Shown: positions 38,799 to 48,673 of the stretch, in pieces
How the letters are laid out: each line of letters begins with the position of its first letter
Numbering within the stretch: position 1 is the stretch's first letter
NCBI GenBank assembly: GCA_964012805.1
Contig: CAXGUD010000016.1
Coordinates: forward strand, 1 to 64,000
Direction: 5' to 3'
DNA: 64,000 nucleotides
Origin: an uncultured Bacteriovoracaceae bacterium
Lineage (GTDB): Bacteria; Bdellovibrionota; Bacteriovoracia; Bacteriovoracales; Bacteriovoracaceae
Program-made: the position numbers and the translations under genes
Notes under the pieces: model-generated
Told to the model about the DNA's origin: nothing
Seen by the model: the letters and a program-made list of their open reading frames with translations, nothing else
The model's database searches: none

Positions 38799-39795
38799 AG
38801 TTCTGAGCATTTTTAGCATTTAGCCGTCCATTGGATAGACATTTTCTTAAAAGAGAAGTTTCTTTCGAAACTGAAGTCATAATTATTTTTTTAAGGTTTT
38901 TAAGATCCATATTTGGAGATTGTGAAAGAATGAAAGCTGCTACACCAGAAACAAAAGCTGTTGCCTGACTTGTTCCAGTTCTATATCCAACACGACTTTT
39001 TGGAAGAGCAGCTTTTATACGACTTCCAGGAGCTGAAAGATGGACAGAGCTTTTCCCATAGTTTGATGATGGGAGAATGTTTAGCTCTTGGTTGTTTGCA
39101 GTTACTGTAATTATATTTTTGAATTTATAGCTTGCTGGGAAAAAAGCATTCTGTTTCTTGTCGATATTTGAGCTTTCATTTCCGGCTGCAGCTACAACGA
39201 GGATACCTTTTCTTTCCGCTTCTTTAAGAATTTCTCTCTCTTCACTAGACGGCTCAGGCCCTCCTCCAGAGTAGTTGATTATATCAACGTTGCTTTTTAC
39301 GGCAAATCTCAGTGCTTTTATTGTAGCGTCTAGGTTATCTTGTCCTGAGGCATTGGGGTTATAGTACTTTAAAATAAGAAGCTTTACGTGGGGGTAAACG
39401 CTCCTAATGATTCCGGCAATGTGGGTACCATGACCGTGGAAGTCATAGGGTTGGTTTTTATTGTCAGCTCCTGCAGAGAAGTCGATTCCATAATTCTTTC
39501 TTGAAGAATTTCCTTTTAGAACTTTGAGGTTATTCCTGAAATATGGATGGTCAGGGTCAATACCTGTATCTACAACTGCGACAACAACTTCTTTCTTTTT
39601 TTTACTGAAGGACCTCCAGGCTTCCTTGAGATATATTGATGAACGACCATTTGTTGGGTTAATGGCCCAGCTAGCGTATCTATTGGTCAATTCTGAAAAG
39701 TTGAAAATGCCTTTGGCCTCTAAATTAAATATAAACAAATAAACAAATAGAAAGAGGCAAATAGATTTTGGGTAATTTATTTTATTTAGATTCAT
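38773..39795 (-). CDS. Secreted subtilisin-like serine protease (S8), paralogue of 36819..37817
   Basis: Signal peptide; VVDTG / HGTHI / GTSQAT; AAAGN; shared DIINYSGGG and FPASYK. Confidence 0.93.
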   Translation of the reverse strand: MNLNKINYPKSICLFLFVYLFIFNLEAKGIFNFSELTNRYASWAINPTNGRSSIYLKEAWRSFSKKKKEVVVAVVDTGIDPDHPYFRNNLKVLKGNSSRKNYGIDFSAGADNKNQPYDFHGHGTHIAGIIRSVYPHVKLLILKYYNPNASGQDNLDATIKALRFAVKSNVDIINYSGGGPEPSSEEREILKEAERKGILVVAAAGNESSNIDKKQNAFFPASYKFKNIITVTANNQELNILPSSNYGKSSVHLSAPGSRIKAALPKSRVGYRTGTSQATAFVSGVAAFILSQSPNMDLKNLKKIIMTSVSKETSLLRKCLSNGRLNAKNAQNFIQKLNLP

Positions 39796-39837
39796 ATTTT
39801 TTAAAGCCTGGCAAAATGACAAATCTCACAAGTATGC

Positions 39838-39864
39838 TTGTCGAAAAAAAGACAAAAGTATTTA
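39838..39864 (-). promoter_or_regulatory. Possible sigma28 promoter of the subtilase
   Basis: Minus strand TAAA-N15-TTCGACAA (three mismatches in the -10 box). Confidence 0.3.
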
Positions 39865-39921
39865 GTTAATTCTGGATAAGCAAAGAAAAATTAGTAAGAT
39901 TTGAAGGCTTTATTTTAAGAA

Positions 39922-40953
39922 TTATTTTTTATGGAGGTCTCTCCAACTTTTACCTTTTCTAGCAGCTCTTCTTTTTTGAAAAGCTGTTACAGCTTTCAAG
40001 TGCTCTTTGTAGTTTTTTGAAAACTTATGGGTACCGTCATTTTTACTAACAAAGTAAAGATAATTGTGTTTTTTAGGATTTATCGCTGCTTTTATTGACT
40101 CTAATCCAGGATTACTTATTGGGCCCAAAGGTAATCCAAAAACTTTATAGGTGTTGTAGGGAGTTTTCTGAAGAAGGTGCTTTTTTCTTAGATTACCTGT
40201 AAAAGATTCATAAATACCATAAATTGTGGTCGGGTCGGACTGAAGCCTCATTCTTTTTTTGAGTCTATTATGAAAAACACCTGAAATGGTTGGTCTTTCA
40301 AAACTCGCTCCTGTCTCTTTCTCTATAATTGAAGCCAGAATAATTAGGTCGTGCCTTTTTTCTATTGAAACATTCAAACCAAGCGACTTCCATCTTCTGA
40401 AAAACTGCTTTACCATTACCGAAATAACTTGTTTAGGAGGTGTTTGTTCGTTGAACCTATAAGTGTCAGGATAAAGGTAGCCTTCTAAAGTCTTTCCTGG
40501 AATACCAAAAGAAAAGACTAAGTCTTTATCTTTTGTTGCCCTGATAAATTCCTTATATGAACATATTTTTCTTTTTTCTAGCATCTTACCGATTTCATAA
40601 ATATTTTTTCCTTCTGGAATTGTAAGCTTGGGAGCAATGTTCGCACCCTTTAAGAGGGTTTCTATTATATCTAAACTTGAGGACCCCTTTTTTATGAGGA
40701 AGTTTCCAGATTTAAATTTTGTTAGAAGTCCTTTAAATTGGCAGTAGCGGTAGAATATTTTCGGATTGCTAATTAAGCCCTTTTTCTTGAGTCGATAATT
40801 AATTTTCGAAAATGTCTCACCTGGCTTAACAACAAACTCCGTAGACGCTCCCTCATAGGACCAGACGCCTAGGTGGTAATAAAATTTTGCTCCACTTAAT
40901 ACTATGGCAAGGAGAGGAGCTAGAAAAAGAAATATAAAAAGGTTTTTTTTCAT
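39922..40953 (-). CDS. mltG: Endolytic transglycosylase MltG (YceG)
   Basis: TIPEG, LEGYLYPDTY, LASIIEKE, LQSDPT, PYNTY..GLPLGPISNPG, YLYFV. Confidence 0.96.
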   Translation of the reverse strand: MKKNLFIFLFLAPLLAIVLSGAKFYYHLGVWSYEGASTEFVVKPGETFSKINYRLKKKGLISNPKIFYRYCQFKGLLTKFKSGNFLIKKGSSSLDIIETLLKGANIAPKLTIPEGKNIYEIGKMLEKRKICSYKEFIRATKDKDLVFSFGIPGKTLEGYLYPDTYRFNEQTPPKQVISVMVKQFFRRWKSLGLNVSIEKRHDLIILASIIEKETGASFERPTISGVFHNRLKKRMRLQSDPTTIYGIYESFTGNLRKKHLLQKTPYNTYKVFGLPLGPISNPGLESIKAAINPKKHNYLYFVSKNDGTHKFSKNYKEHLKAVTAFQKRRAARKGKSWRDLHKK

Positions 40954-40973
40954 TTTTAGTTGTGGAGTAAATG

Positions 40974-41480
40974 TTAATAGTGGTTTCTTATAGGATACTT
41001 CTCAGAAGTGGACTCAGCAAGATTATTTTTTTTGACAAAGTCTTCAAGTATTATTGAGGCGGCCAACTCATCTATTTTTTTTAAATTGATTTTAAAATTG
41101 TACTGAGGAAGATTTTTCATCCTCTCTTTTGCCTCAAAGCTGCTTAGGGTCTCGTCTTGTGTGTAATGGTTAAGCGACACAAAAGTACTTTGGCACTTGA
41201 GCCAAAATTTCATTATCCGATCTGTCATTTTTGTTGGAGTCCCATCGGTTAAATAAGGAACCCCAACAACAAGGGTATCTATTCCTTCTTCCTCGATGAT
41301 TTTTGACAATTCTTCGATGAGTAGGTCATCACTTTTATATATTATTCGACCAAAAGGAAGAGGGTAAGGGTCTCTTTTGGAGTTGTATGTGGCCAAACCC
41401 ACAACTTTTGTTCCGTAGTCTAGGCAGAGTATTGATTTAAGGTCAAAAACTATGGGTTCCTTTTCAATAAGATGTGTCAT
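40974..41480 (-). CDS. yqgF: YqgF/RuvX pre-16S rRNA nuclease
   Basis: LCLDYGTKVVGLA, VVGVP, DETLSS, IDELAASIILE. Confidence 0.92.
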   Translation of the reverse strand: MTHLIEKEPIVFDLKSILCLDYGTKVVGLATYNSKRDPYPLPFGRIIYKSDDLLIEELSKIIEEEGIDTLVVGVPYLTDGTPTKMTDRIMKFWLKCQSTFVSLNHYTQDETLSSFEAKERMKNLPQYNFKINLKKIDELAASIILEDFVKKNNLAESTSEKYPIRNHY

Positions 41481-41562
41481 AATCTGTTCTTAAGTGATTG
41501 GAGCCTCTTTAGCAAGGGGCAGGGGCAATTTATGAAAAAAAAGAAAGAGTTTTATTTTGGTC

Positions 41563-41590
41563 TTGACAAGGCAGCGATAAGGATTATTAT
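41563..41590 (+). promoter_or_regulatory. Putative sigma70 promoter of rho
   Basis: TTGACA-16 nt-TATTAT, about 170 bp upstream of rho. Confidence 0.65.
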
Positions 41591-41758
41591 GATCCTATAG
41601 TCTTAAAACTACCTAAAAAATTTAAAAGACATACAATCTTTTAGCCAACACTTTAAGGGGCTTTTTACCACGTAATAATACCACTATTTTATTTCAAACT
41701 ATAAAATTTATTTATATCTAACTTAACACATTAAAATTTATCAGGGGAAGTTTCCAAA

Positions 41759-43006
41759 ATGCATCTCAGTGACTTAAGAGAAAAAGAAATTAAAGAACTT
41801 ATTTCTATGGCGACGGAATTAAAAATTGAAAATCCAAGCTCGCTTAGAAGACACGAACTAATCTTCTCAATTCTTAAAACCATGGCGAAGAATAATGAAG
41901 ATATCTACGGCGGAGGAGTTCTTGAAATTCTGCCAGACGGCTTTGGTTTCTTAAGGTCTCCTGGGTATAACTACTTACCGGGTGCGGATGATATTTATGT
42001 AAGCCCTAGTCAAATTAGACGTTTTGGTCTTAGAAAGGGTGACACTACTGAAGGGCAAATTAGACCGCCTAAAGATGGGGAGAGGTATTTTGCTCTTTTA
42101 AAAGTTAATAAGATTAATTATCAAACGCCTGAAGTTCATAAAAAGACGGTTCTTTTTGAAAACTTAACTCCACTTTACCCTGAGAAGAAAATTAGTTTAG
42201 AGTTTGATAAGAAAAAACTATCAACGAGAATCATCGATCTTTTCGTGCCTCAAGGTTTTGGTCAGCGTTGTCTTATCGTTGCTCCACCTAAAGCAGGTAA
42301 AACAGAGCTTCTAAAAGAAATCGCTAACGCTATTACTAAGAATCATAATGACTCTAAGTTGATCGTGCTTCTTATTGATGAGAGACCCGAAGAAGTTACG
42401 GATATGAAAAGAAGTGTTGATGCGGAAGTTGTATCAAGTACTTTTGATGAGCCTGCAAATAGACACGTTCAGGTTGCTGAGATGGTTATGGAAAAAGCCA
42501 AGAGGCTTACAGAAGCAGGGGAGGATGTTGTTATTCTTCTTGACTCTATCACAAGGTTGGCGAGAGCTTATAACACTGTTGTTCCTCCGTCTGGAAAAAT
42601 CCTTTCTGGTGGTGTTGATTCAAATGCTTTACACAGACCAAAAAGATTCTTTGGTGCCGCTAGAAATATTGAAAATGGTGGGTCTCTTACCATTATTGCC
42701 ACGTCACTCATTGATACCGGTTCTAGAATGGATGAAGTTATTTTCGAAGAATTTAAAGGAACAGGGAACTCTGAGATTCAACTTGATAGAAAGCTTCTTG
42801 AAAAGAGAATTTTCCCATGCTTGGATATCAATAAGTCCTCAACAAGGAAGGAAGACCTGCTTGTTGAAGATGGCGATCTTCAGAGAATGTATGTTCTTAG
42901 AAAGGTTCTCCACCCCATGAATACTGTTGACTCCATGGAGTTTATGTTGAGTCGGATCACAAAGACGGCTTCTAACTCAGACTTTATGGAATCCATGAAT
43001 GGCTAA
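41759..43006 (+). CDS. rho: Transcription termination factor Rho
   Basis: [54 protein letters not shown]. Confidence 0.99.
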   Translation: MHLSDLREKEIKELISMATELKIENPSSLRRHELIFSILKTMAKNNEDIYGGGVLEILPDGFGFLRSPGYNYLPGADDIYVSPSQIRRFGLRKGDTTEGQIRPPKDGERYFALLKVNKINYQTPEVHKKTVLFENLTPLYPEKKISLEFDKKKLSTRIIDLFVPQGFGQRCLIVAPPKAGKTELLKEIANAITKNHNDSKLIVLLIDERPEEVTDMKRSVDAEVVSSTFDEPANRHVQVAEMVMEKAKRLTEAGEDVVILLDSITRLARAYNTVVPPSGKILSGGVDSNALHRPKRFFGAARNIENGGSLTIIATSLIDTGSRMDEVIFEEFKGTGNSEIQLDRKLLEKRIFPCLDINKSSTRKEDLLVEDGDLQRMYVLRKVLHPMNTVDSMEFMLSRITKTASNSDFMESMNG

Positions 43007-43011
43007 TAAAT

Positions 43012-43042
43012 AAAAAAAGGAGTCCCTGACTCCTTTTTTTTT
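43012..43042 (+). terminator. Intrinsic terminator after rho
   Basis: AAAAAAAGGAGTC-CCT-GACTCCTTTTTTTTT perfect hairpin plus T run. Confidence 0.88.
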
Positions 43043-43139
43043 CCCGCCCAAGAACTTTTTCTTGATGATAAAACTCCAATGACAGGTTTTGCGGTTGAAA
43101 ATATTAAAATAGGCTTGAAATAGAAAAAAGGTCACCTCT

Positions 43140-44207
43140 ATGTTTGATAAATTAGAAGGCGTTGTTAGGCGCTATGAAGAGTTAACAGAAAAATTGGCGG
43201 ACCCGACACTATATGATCGTCAGGCTGAATTCAAAAAAGTTTCCAGCGAAAGGGCCAATTTGGAGGAAATTGTTAAGTGTTTCAATGAATACAAGAGGGT
43301 GCGTGATGAAATACAGGACGCTAAAGATATTTTAAAAAATGAGAAAGATGAAGACCTCAGAGAAATGGCTAAGGAAGAGCTTTCTGATTTAGAAAAGAAG
43401 CTCCCAACTCTAAAAGAAGAGTTAAGCCTTCTTCTTTTACCAAAAGATCCCCTTGATGATAAAAATGTGATGGTTGAGATCAGAGCAGGCGCCGGGGGCG
43501 ATGAAGCTTCCATTTTTGTTGCTGACGTTTTTAGGATGTATCAAAATTATTTAAGAGACCTTGGTTTTAAAAATGAAGTTATTTCTCTGAGTGAAGGTGA
43601 TGAGGGGATCAAGGAAGTCATTTTTAGTGTTAAAGGTGAAAAAGTCTACTCTAAGCTGAAGTATGAATCTGGTGTCCACCGTGTTCAAAGGGTCCCTAAA
43701 ACTGAATCCCAAGGAAGAGTTCACACTTCAACTATAACGGTTGCTATCATGCCAGAGGTTGATGACGTAGAGTTTGAACTTGATATGACTGAAGTTAGGA
43801 TTGAGGTTTTTAGGGCTAGTGGAGCTGGTGGTCAGCACGTTAATACAACTGATTCTGCAGTAAGGGTAACCCATATCCCAACAAATATGGTTGTTGCAAA
43901 CCAAGACCAAAAATCTCAGCTTAAAAATAAGGAAAAGGCCTTAAGGATTCTAAGAAATAGAATTTACGATAAAATGGTTTCAGAGCAGCAAAAAGAAGAA
44001 GCTGCTGAAAGAAAAGCCCTTATTGGCCGAGGTGACAGGTCGGAGAGGATTAGAACTTATAACTTTCCTCAGGGTCGTTTGAGTGATCATAGAATTGGCC
44101 TCACTTTATATTCTTTAGATAAAATTATTGAAGGGGATTTATCTCCAGTTACAGACGCTCTAATTGCTCATAATAGGGCTGAGCTTCTTAAAGGGCAGGA
44201 AGATTAA
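43140..44207 (+). CDS. prfA: Peptide chain release factor 1
   Basis: EIRAGAGGDEA, HRVQRVPKTE (PxT motif), GGQHVN, ERIRTYNFPQGR. Confidence 0.98.
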   Translation: MFDKLEGVVRRYEELTEKLADPTLYDRQAEFKKVSSERANLEEIVKCFNEYKRVRDEIQDAKDILKNEKDEDLREMAKEELSDLEKKLPTLKEELSLLLLPKDPLDDKNVMVEIRAGAGGDEASIFVADVFRMYQNYLRDLGFKNEVISLSEGDEGIKEVIFSVKGEKVYSKLKYESGVHRVQRVPKTESQGRVHTSTITVAIMPEVDDVEFELDMTEVRIEVFRASGAGGQHVNTTDSAVRVTHIPTNMVVANQDQKSQLKNKEKALRILRNRIYDKMVSEQQKEEAAERKALIGRGDRSERIRTYNFPQGRLSDHRIGLTLYSLDKIIEGDLSPVTDALIAHNRAELLKGQED

Positions 44208-44210
44208 TTT

Positions 44211-45122
44211 GTGAAAAGTCTTGACCAATATGCTAGCGATTATTTCAAAACAAATTTAGGAGTTCTCCATTCCTTTTACCCCGGTTTAAGGGTTGAGGTT
44301 TTGAAAAGAGAGCTAGAGGTTTATCTTTTTGGTGTAGAATCCCACAATGGGAAACGTTTAAAAGAATTTCCTTTCTTACAAGGTCATCATCAGAAAGCAA
44401 TGTATTTTTTTAACTCTATGGATAAGGGAATGCCTCTTCCCTATATTACAGGAAAGGCTTTCTTTTATAAAAATGACTTTTTTGTCAATCCAAATGTTCT
44501 TATTCCGAGGTCTGAGACGGAGATTCTTGTTGAGGATGCTGTTGGCTTCCTAAAAAAAATGAGAAATGAGAAAGAGAGCTTAGATAAGGACCTCAAAATA
44601 TTAGAGGTTGGGACTGGTTCGGGTGCTTTGATTCTTTCACTTCTCAGTGATTTGGATTTTTCTGTAGATGCCCTGGCAACAGATATTTCGGATAAAGCTT
44701 TAGAGATAGCCAAGAAAAACTATTTCCATTGCCAATATGGAATACACGCTCGAACTAAATTAAGTTTTTTAGAAGCAGATAGACTCTTTTTCAATGAAAA
44801 AGAGCACCTAACTTTTGATCTTATTGTTTCAAATCCGCCTTATATAAAGAGAGAGGAAGACTTCGGTCTTGTTCACAAAAAAGTTCACGAGTATGAACCT
44901 CACGAAGCACTTTACTTAAAAGATGAAGAATATTTAGCTTGGTTTGATGTTTTTTTTGATCAAGTTAAAAAAGCTTTGAACCCGGGTGGTGTTTTTATAA
45001 TGGAAGGTCATGAAAATCATTTAGGAAGCCTCCAAACTCTTTTTTTGACAAAGAATGTTCAAAAGGTTGACCTTAAAAAAGATTATTGTGATAGAATTCG
45101 TTTTTTGATTGTAAAAGTTTAA
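44211..45122 (+). CDS. prmC: Release factor glutamine methyltransferase PrmC/HemK
   Basis: VLIPRSETEILV, EVGTGSGAL, VSNPPYI; directly after prfA. Confidence 0.93.
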   Translation: MKSLDQYASDYFKTNLGVLHSFYPGLRVEVLKRELEVYLFGVESHNGKRLKEFPFLQGHHQKAMYFFNSMDKGMPLPYITGKAFFYKNDFFVNPNVLIPRSETEILVEDAVGFLKKMRNEKESLDKDLKILEVGTGSGALILSLLSDLDFSVDALATDISDKALEIAKKNYFHCQYGIHARTKLSFLEADRLFFNEKEHLTFDLIVSNPPYIKREEDFGLVHKKVHEYEPHEALYLKDEEYLAWFDVFFDQVKKALNPGGVFIMEGHENHLGSLQTLFLTKNVQKVDLKKDYCDRIRFLIVKV

Positions 45123-45152
45123 TTGTGACCAATCTTGGGGTTGGAGGTTTAT

Positions 45153-46421
45153 ATGGATCAGCTTATTATTGAAGGACCAACTAAGTTAGAAGGAACAGTA
45201 AAAGTTTCTGCTGCTAAGAACGCCTATTTGCCTATTTTGGCTTGTGTTCTTCTGAGTCCTAAGCCAGTCCATCTTAAAAATCTTCCTAAGCTTAGAGATA
45301 TTAAGACAATGATGGTCCTCTTAAAGAACTTAGGAGTTCAAATTTCTGAGAAAGGGGAATGGACAACTTTTGATGCTTCTAAAGTTATTTCCCAAGAGGC
45401 GACTTACGACCTCGTAAAAACAATGAGGGCTTCGATCTTAGTTCTAGGGCCACTTCTTACAAGGTTTAAGTATGCAAAAGTCTCTTTACCCGGTGGTTGT
45501 GCAATAGGGGCCAGGCCTATTGATATCCACTTAAATAATTTTGCCAAATTGGGTGCTCAAATAAATCTTGAAGGTGGTTACGTTTCTGCCGAAACTGATC
45601 AGTTAAATGGTTGCTCTCTTGTTTTAAGCTTTCCATCAGTAGGAGCAACAGAAAATATTTTAATGGGTGCTATTCTTGCTAAAGGAAGAACCATTATTGA
45701 AAATGCTGCCTTAGAACCTGAGATAGAGGACTTAGGGAACTTTCTTATAAAAATGGGTGCCAAGATTGAGGGTTTAGGAACATCTCGTATTGTTGTTGAT
45801 GGGGTACCTTTTGATGAACTCAAAGAGGTAGAATATGAGGCCATTGGTGATAGAATTGAGGCCGCTACTTATATTATGGCTGGTCTTGCTACGAAGTCGA
45901 CTCTTACCGTTAAAGGCTTTCACACGAATCATTTGGAAGCAGTTTTAACAGCTCTTAGTGAAATGGGGGCAAAAATTGATAGGGATGAATACGAGGTAAC
46001 AGTTTACCCAAGTGACTTAAAAGGTATCAATATTGAAACGTCTCCCTATCCTGGCTTTCCAACTGACGCACAGGCTCAACTAATGGCCCTAACTTCTCAA
46101 GTTGAAGGTGTCTCAATTATAACAGAAAATATTTTTGAAAATCGCTTTATGCACGTTCCAGAGCTAAGAAGGCTTGGAGCCTCCATTGAGCTAAAGCAGA
46201 AAACAGCAGTCATTAAGGGTGAAAGTCACCTCAAAGGCGCACCTATTATGTGTACTGATTTAAGAGCAAGTGCAGCACTTGTGTTGGCTGCCTTAGCAAG
46301 CAGCGGAAAAACTAAAATTCAAAGAATCTATCATCTTGATAGGGGTTATGAGTGCCTAGCTGAAAAGCTAAGCCAGCTCGGGGCTTCAATTGATAGAGAA
46401 AAAAATGTACCAATGTCCTAA
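45153..46421 (+). CDS. murA: UDP-N-acetylglucosamine 1-carboxyvinyltransferase
   Basis: AAKNA, MRASILVLGPLL, LPGGCAIGARPID, SVGATEN, PGFPTD, DLRAS, HLDRGYE; ATG 45153 after GGAGG. Confidence 0.98.
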   Translation: MDQLIIEGPTKLEGTVKVSAAKNAYLPILACVLLSPKPVHLKNLPKLRDIKTMMVLLKNLGVQISEKGEWTTFDASKVISQEATYDLVKTMRASILVLGPLLTRFKYAKVSLPGGCAIGARPIDIHLNNFAKLGAQINLEGGYVSAETDQLNGCSLVLSFPSVGATENILMGAILAKGRTIIENAALEPEIEDLGNFLIKMGAKIEGLGTSRIVVDGVPFDELKEVEYEAIGDRIEAATYIMAGLATKSTLTVKGFHTNHLEAVLTALSEMGAKIDRDEYEVTVYPSDLKGINIETSPYPGFPTDAQAQLMALTSQVEGVSIITENIFENRFMHVPELRRLGASIELKQKTAVIKGESHLKGAPIMCTDLRASAALVLAALASSGKTKIQRIYHLDRGYECLAEKLSQLGASIDREKNVPMS

Positions 46422-46514
46422 TCACTCTTAATAAGACATATTGAAAAACCTTACCTCTAAACGATCTTTATTCAAAAATGAGCTCATTGAAAGCCAACTA
46501 TTTGGTGAAGCTCT

Positions 46515-46925
46515 TCATATCAAGTCTCTCTCATTATGAAATATATCAATTCTATAACCTTTTTTACCGTTTCTTATTTCTTGAACAATCTGGAGATTCA
46601 CATTCCTGGGGATGTTAAGCTTCTCTTTTAACTTTTCTTTTACTTCATTCAAAGAGTTATTATTAGACGGTTTGTGATTAATTTGCTTTGAACTATCATT
46701 ATATTTTTGATTAAGGTAACTGCGTTTCTTATGATTTTCTTTTTTGCTAAAAATGGGGTTTCTAGATAAGTCTCTTTTGAAAGTAGAGTTTGCAGTCATT
46801 TGATGAGAAAACCTTTTTTCGAAAATATCTTTAGATTGTGAACTTTTAAAATTTTGTTTACCCATGATAAAAAATGAAATTAAAACTAAAAGAGAAAAAA
46901 TTATAAAGACTTTTGATGTTCGCAT
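46515..46925 (-). CDS. Hypothetical small membrane-anchored basic protein
   Basis: 136-aa ORF with hydrophobic N-terminus and AGGA SD. Confidence 0.6.
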   Translation of the reverse strand: MRTSKVFIIFSLLVLISFFIMGKQNFKSSQSKDIFEKRFSHQMTANSTFKRDLSRNPIFSKKENHKKRSYLNQKYNDSSKQINHKPSNNNSLNEVKEKLKEKLNIPRNVNLQIVQEIRNGKKGYRIDIFHNERDLI

Positions 46926-46942
46926 ATGTTGATTCCTATTTT

Positions 46943-46976
46943 AAAAGGGTGAAGTCATTAGAACTTCACCCTTTTT
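46943..46976 (-). terminator. Intrinsic terminator-like hairpin after the 46980..48233 gene
   Basis: AAAAGGGTGAAGT-CATTAGA-ACTTCACCCTTTT, 13-bp perfect inverted repeat. Confidence 0.8.
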
Positions 46977-46979
46977 GAA

Positions 46980-48233
46980 TTAATTATCCCAATCTCTTTC
47001 TTGGTTTAATGTAATTTTAGGAGGATTTTCCTCAGTGTTAAAATTGTAATACTTCGATCCAGTAGCATTTTTTATTGAAAAGTTTATATGAAGCCTATTC
47101 TTATCTCCAATAACGTCCTTGCTGGCCCTGATGTAATTGCCTTGCTTGCAAGAATTACTTACAAAATCAGGAAATTCATTTTCCATTTTTTCACAATATG
47201 TTTCGCCAACAATTTTTTTGAAACCATCGTTTATGAGTTTCTGGTAGTTCAATGCCTCCAATGATGAATTAAACTTTTCAGTTATAATATCCTTAGCAAT
47301 ACCCTCTTCAATCCAAAAATGTTCTGATATCGTTCTAAAATGTAATGAATTAGATTTTAGAATAGGTTCAAGGTAAGAACTAAATGAATAGTCGTACCTG
47401 CCCGTAAAAATATTTTTTGGATTGATCATTCCAGTGGTTTTAGATTCTAAAAAATCACGGTAGTGGTCCAGATCAAAAATTGTGCCTGCTCTTGATCGAA
47501 ATCTTTTTTTCCAAAAATAAGCCGTCCTCCATTTTGTTTTGACGTCTTTTAATGAATGATCTTTTATCTCGTCTTTATTTTTTATTTGTTCTCCAACTTT
47601 TTTGGAAATAGCATCACCTAGCTTATACGTATGAAAAGTTACGTTATTCAAGGATGAAAAAATATCATGTGATGCATTTAGTTGTTCCTTTCGATGAAAT
47701 TCTGACTGGCAGATTAGGGAACGCTTAAGACCCTTTAGCATGTTTTCCACGTTATGAATTTTACAGTGCCTTCCTTTGGAGCAAAGAAAGACGGTGACCT
47801 TACCAGAGTAATTTGCCGTACTAAAAAGGTACAAATAGACATCACTTTTTTTAGCTTTTATACTTACACTTTTAATGTCAAAAAACTTATTTGGACCGAA
47901 AGGAATTGAAGGTCCATCTTTTTGCATGTGATCTTTATGTGATGGATATGTTGTAGACCGCCTTATACTAGAATTTTTCCAAGAATCATTATTTTCAAAG
48001 TCATCATAGTTTTTAGGAATATAATACTTTTTTGATTTTCCAACATTTTGAACTTTGGAATGTAACTCACAAAAATCTTGATTACTCCTATCAACCCTTC
48101 TATGCAGCTCAGGTCTTAATGGTTCAATATTTAGTCTTGGTGGCATTCTTCGGGGATGATCTTGAGCTTCTAATAAACTTGAGATAGTTAATAATCCGAT
48201 TGTTAAAAATTTAATATATAAAAACAATTTCAT
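46980..48233 (-). CDS. Hypothetical secreted protein
   Basis: 417-aa ORF, SD AGGAGG, signal peptide ending LEA; several Cys; no family recognised with confidence. Confidence 0.7.
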   Translation of the reverse strand: MKLFLYIKFLTIGLLTISSLLEAQDHPRRMPPRLNIEPLRPELHRRVDRSNQDFCELHSKVQNVGKSKKYYIPKNYDDFENNDSWKNSSIRRSTTYPSHKDHMQKDGPSIPFGPNKFFDIKSVSIKAKKSDVYLYLFSTANYSGKVTVFLCSKGRHCKIHNVENMLKGLKRSLICQSEFHRKEQLNASHDIFSSLNNVTFHTYKLGDAISKKVGEQIKNKDEIKDHSLKDVKTKWRTAYFWKKRFRSRAGTIFDLDHYRDFLESKTTGMINPKNIFTGRYDYSFSSYLEPILKSNSLHFRTISEHFWIEEGIAKDIITEKFNSSLEALNYQKLINDGFKKIVGETYCEKMENEFPDFVSNSCKQGNYIRASKDVIGDKNRLHINFSIKNATGSKYYNFNTEENPPKITLNQERDWDN

Positions 48234-48673
48234 ATTTCCTCCTTTTTATATATTGATAAAGAAAATGAACGAGATTTTTTTCTCGCCTAACTTTGTCCTT
48301 CTTTTTACCTAGTAAATTTTTATACCAAATTCAATTTCTTATATGCCCATTAATTAAAAAGTGTTTCGATGCTTTCCATTTTTCATAGTTGAGTTTTCTT
48401 TCTCCTACTTGATTTTTTTAGGCTTAAAATACTCACTATTTTTTTAATGAATTTTCAGTAAATTATTTCGTTTAAATTTGAAGAGGTGAAATAAGATTTA
48501 TAAGGTTTTTAGTTTTTCTGGTTTAGGTGGTAGTTGATTTTATAAATAAAATTTATTTGGCTAAAAAGAAGAAAAATCTACAGTTTCTTCCTCCAAATAG
48601 AACATATTATGCCTTTCAAGAATATCTTGTGGTAAAAATCTTAGTCAGAATATGTATCTGGAAGGTAAGTGTA

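Noticed and set aside
43007..43139. rpmE (L31), often found between rho and prfA
   Set aside because: The spacer is only 133 bp and holds a terminator; no ORF is present, and relocation of rpmE is unremarkable.
48527..48673. N-terminal extension of the protease-LRR ORF
   Set aside because: ATG 48674 gives a clean lipoprotein signal peptide; the upstream part looks like open intergenic sequence.
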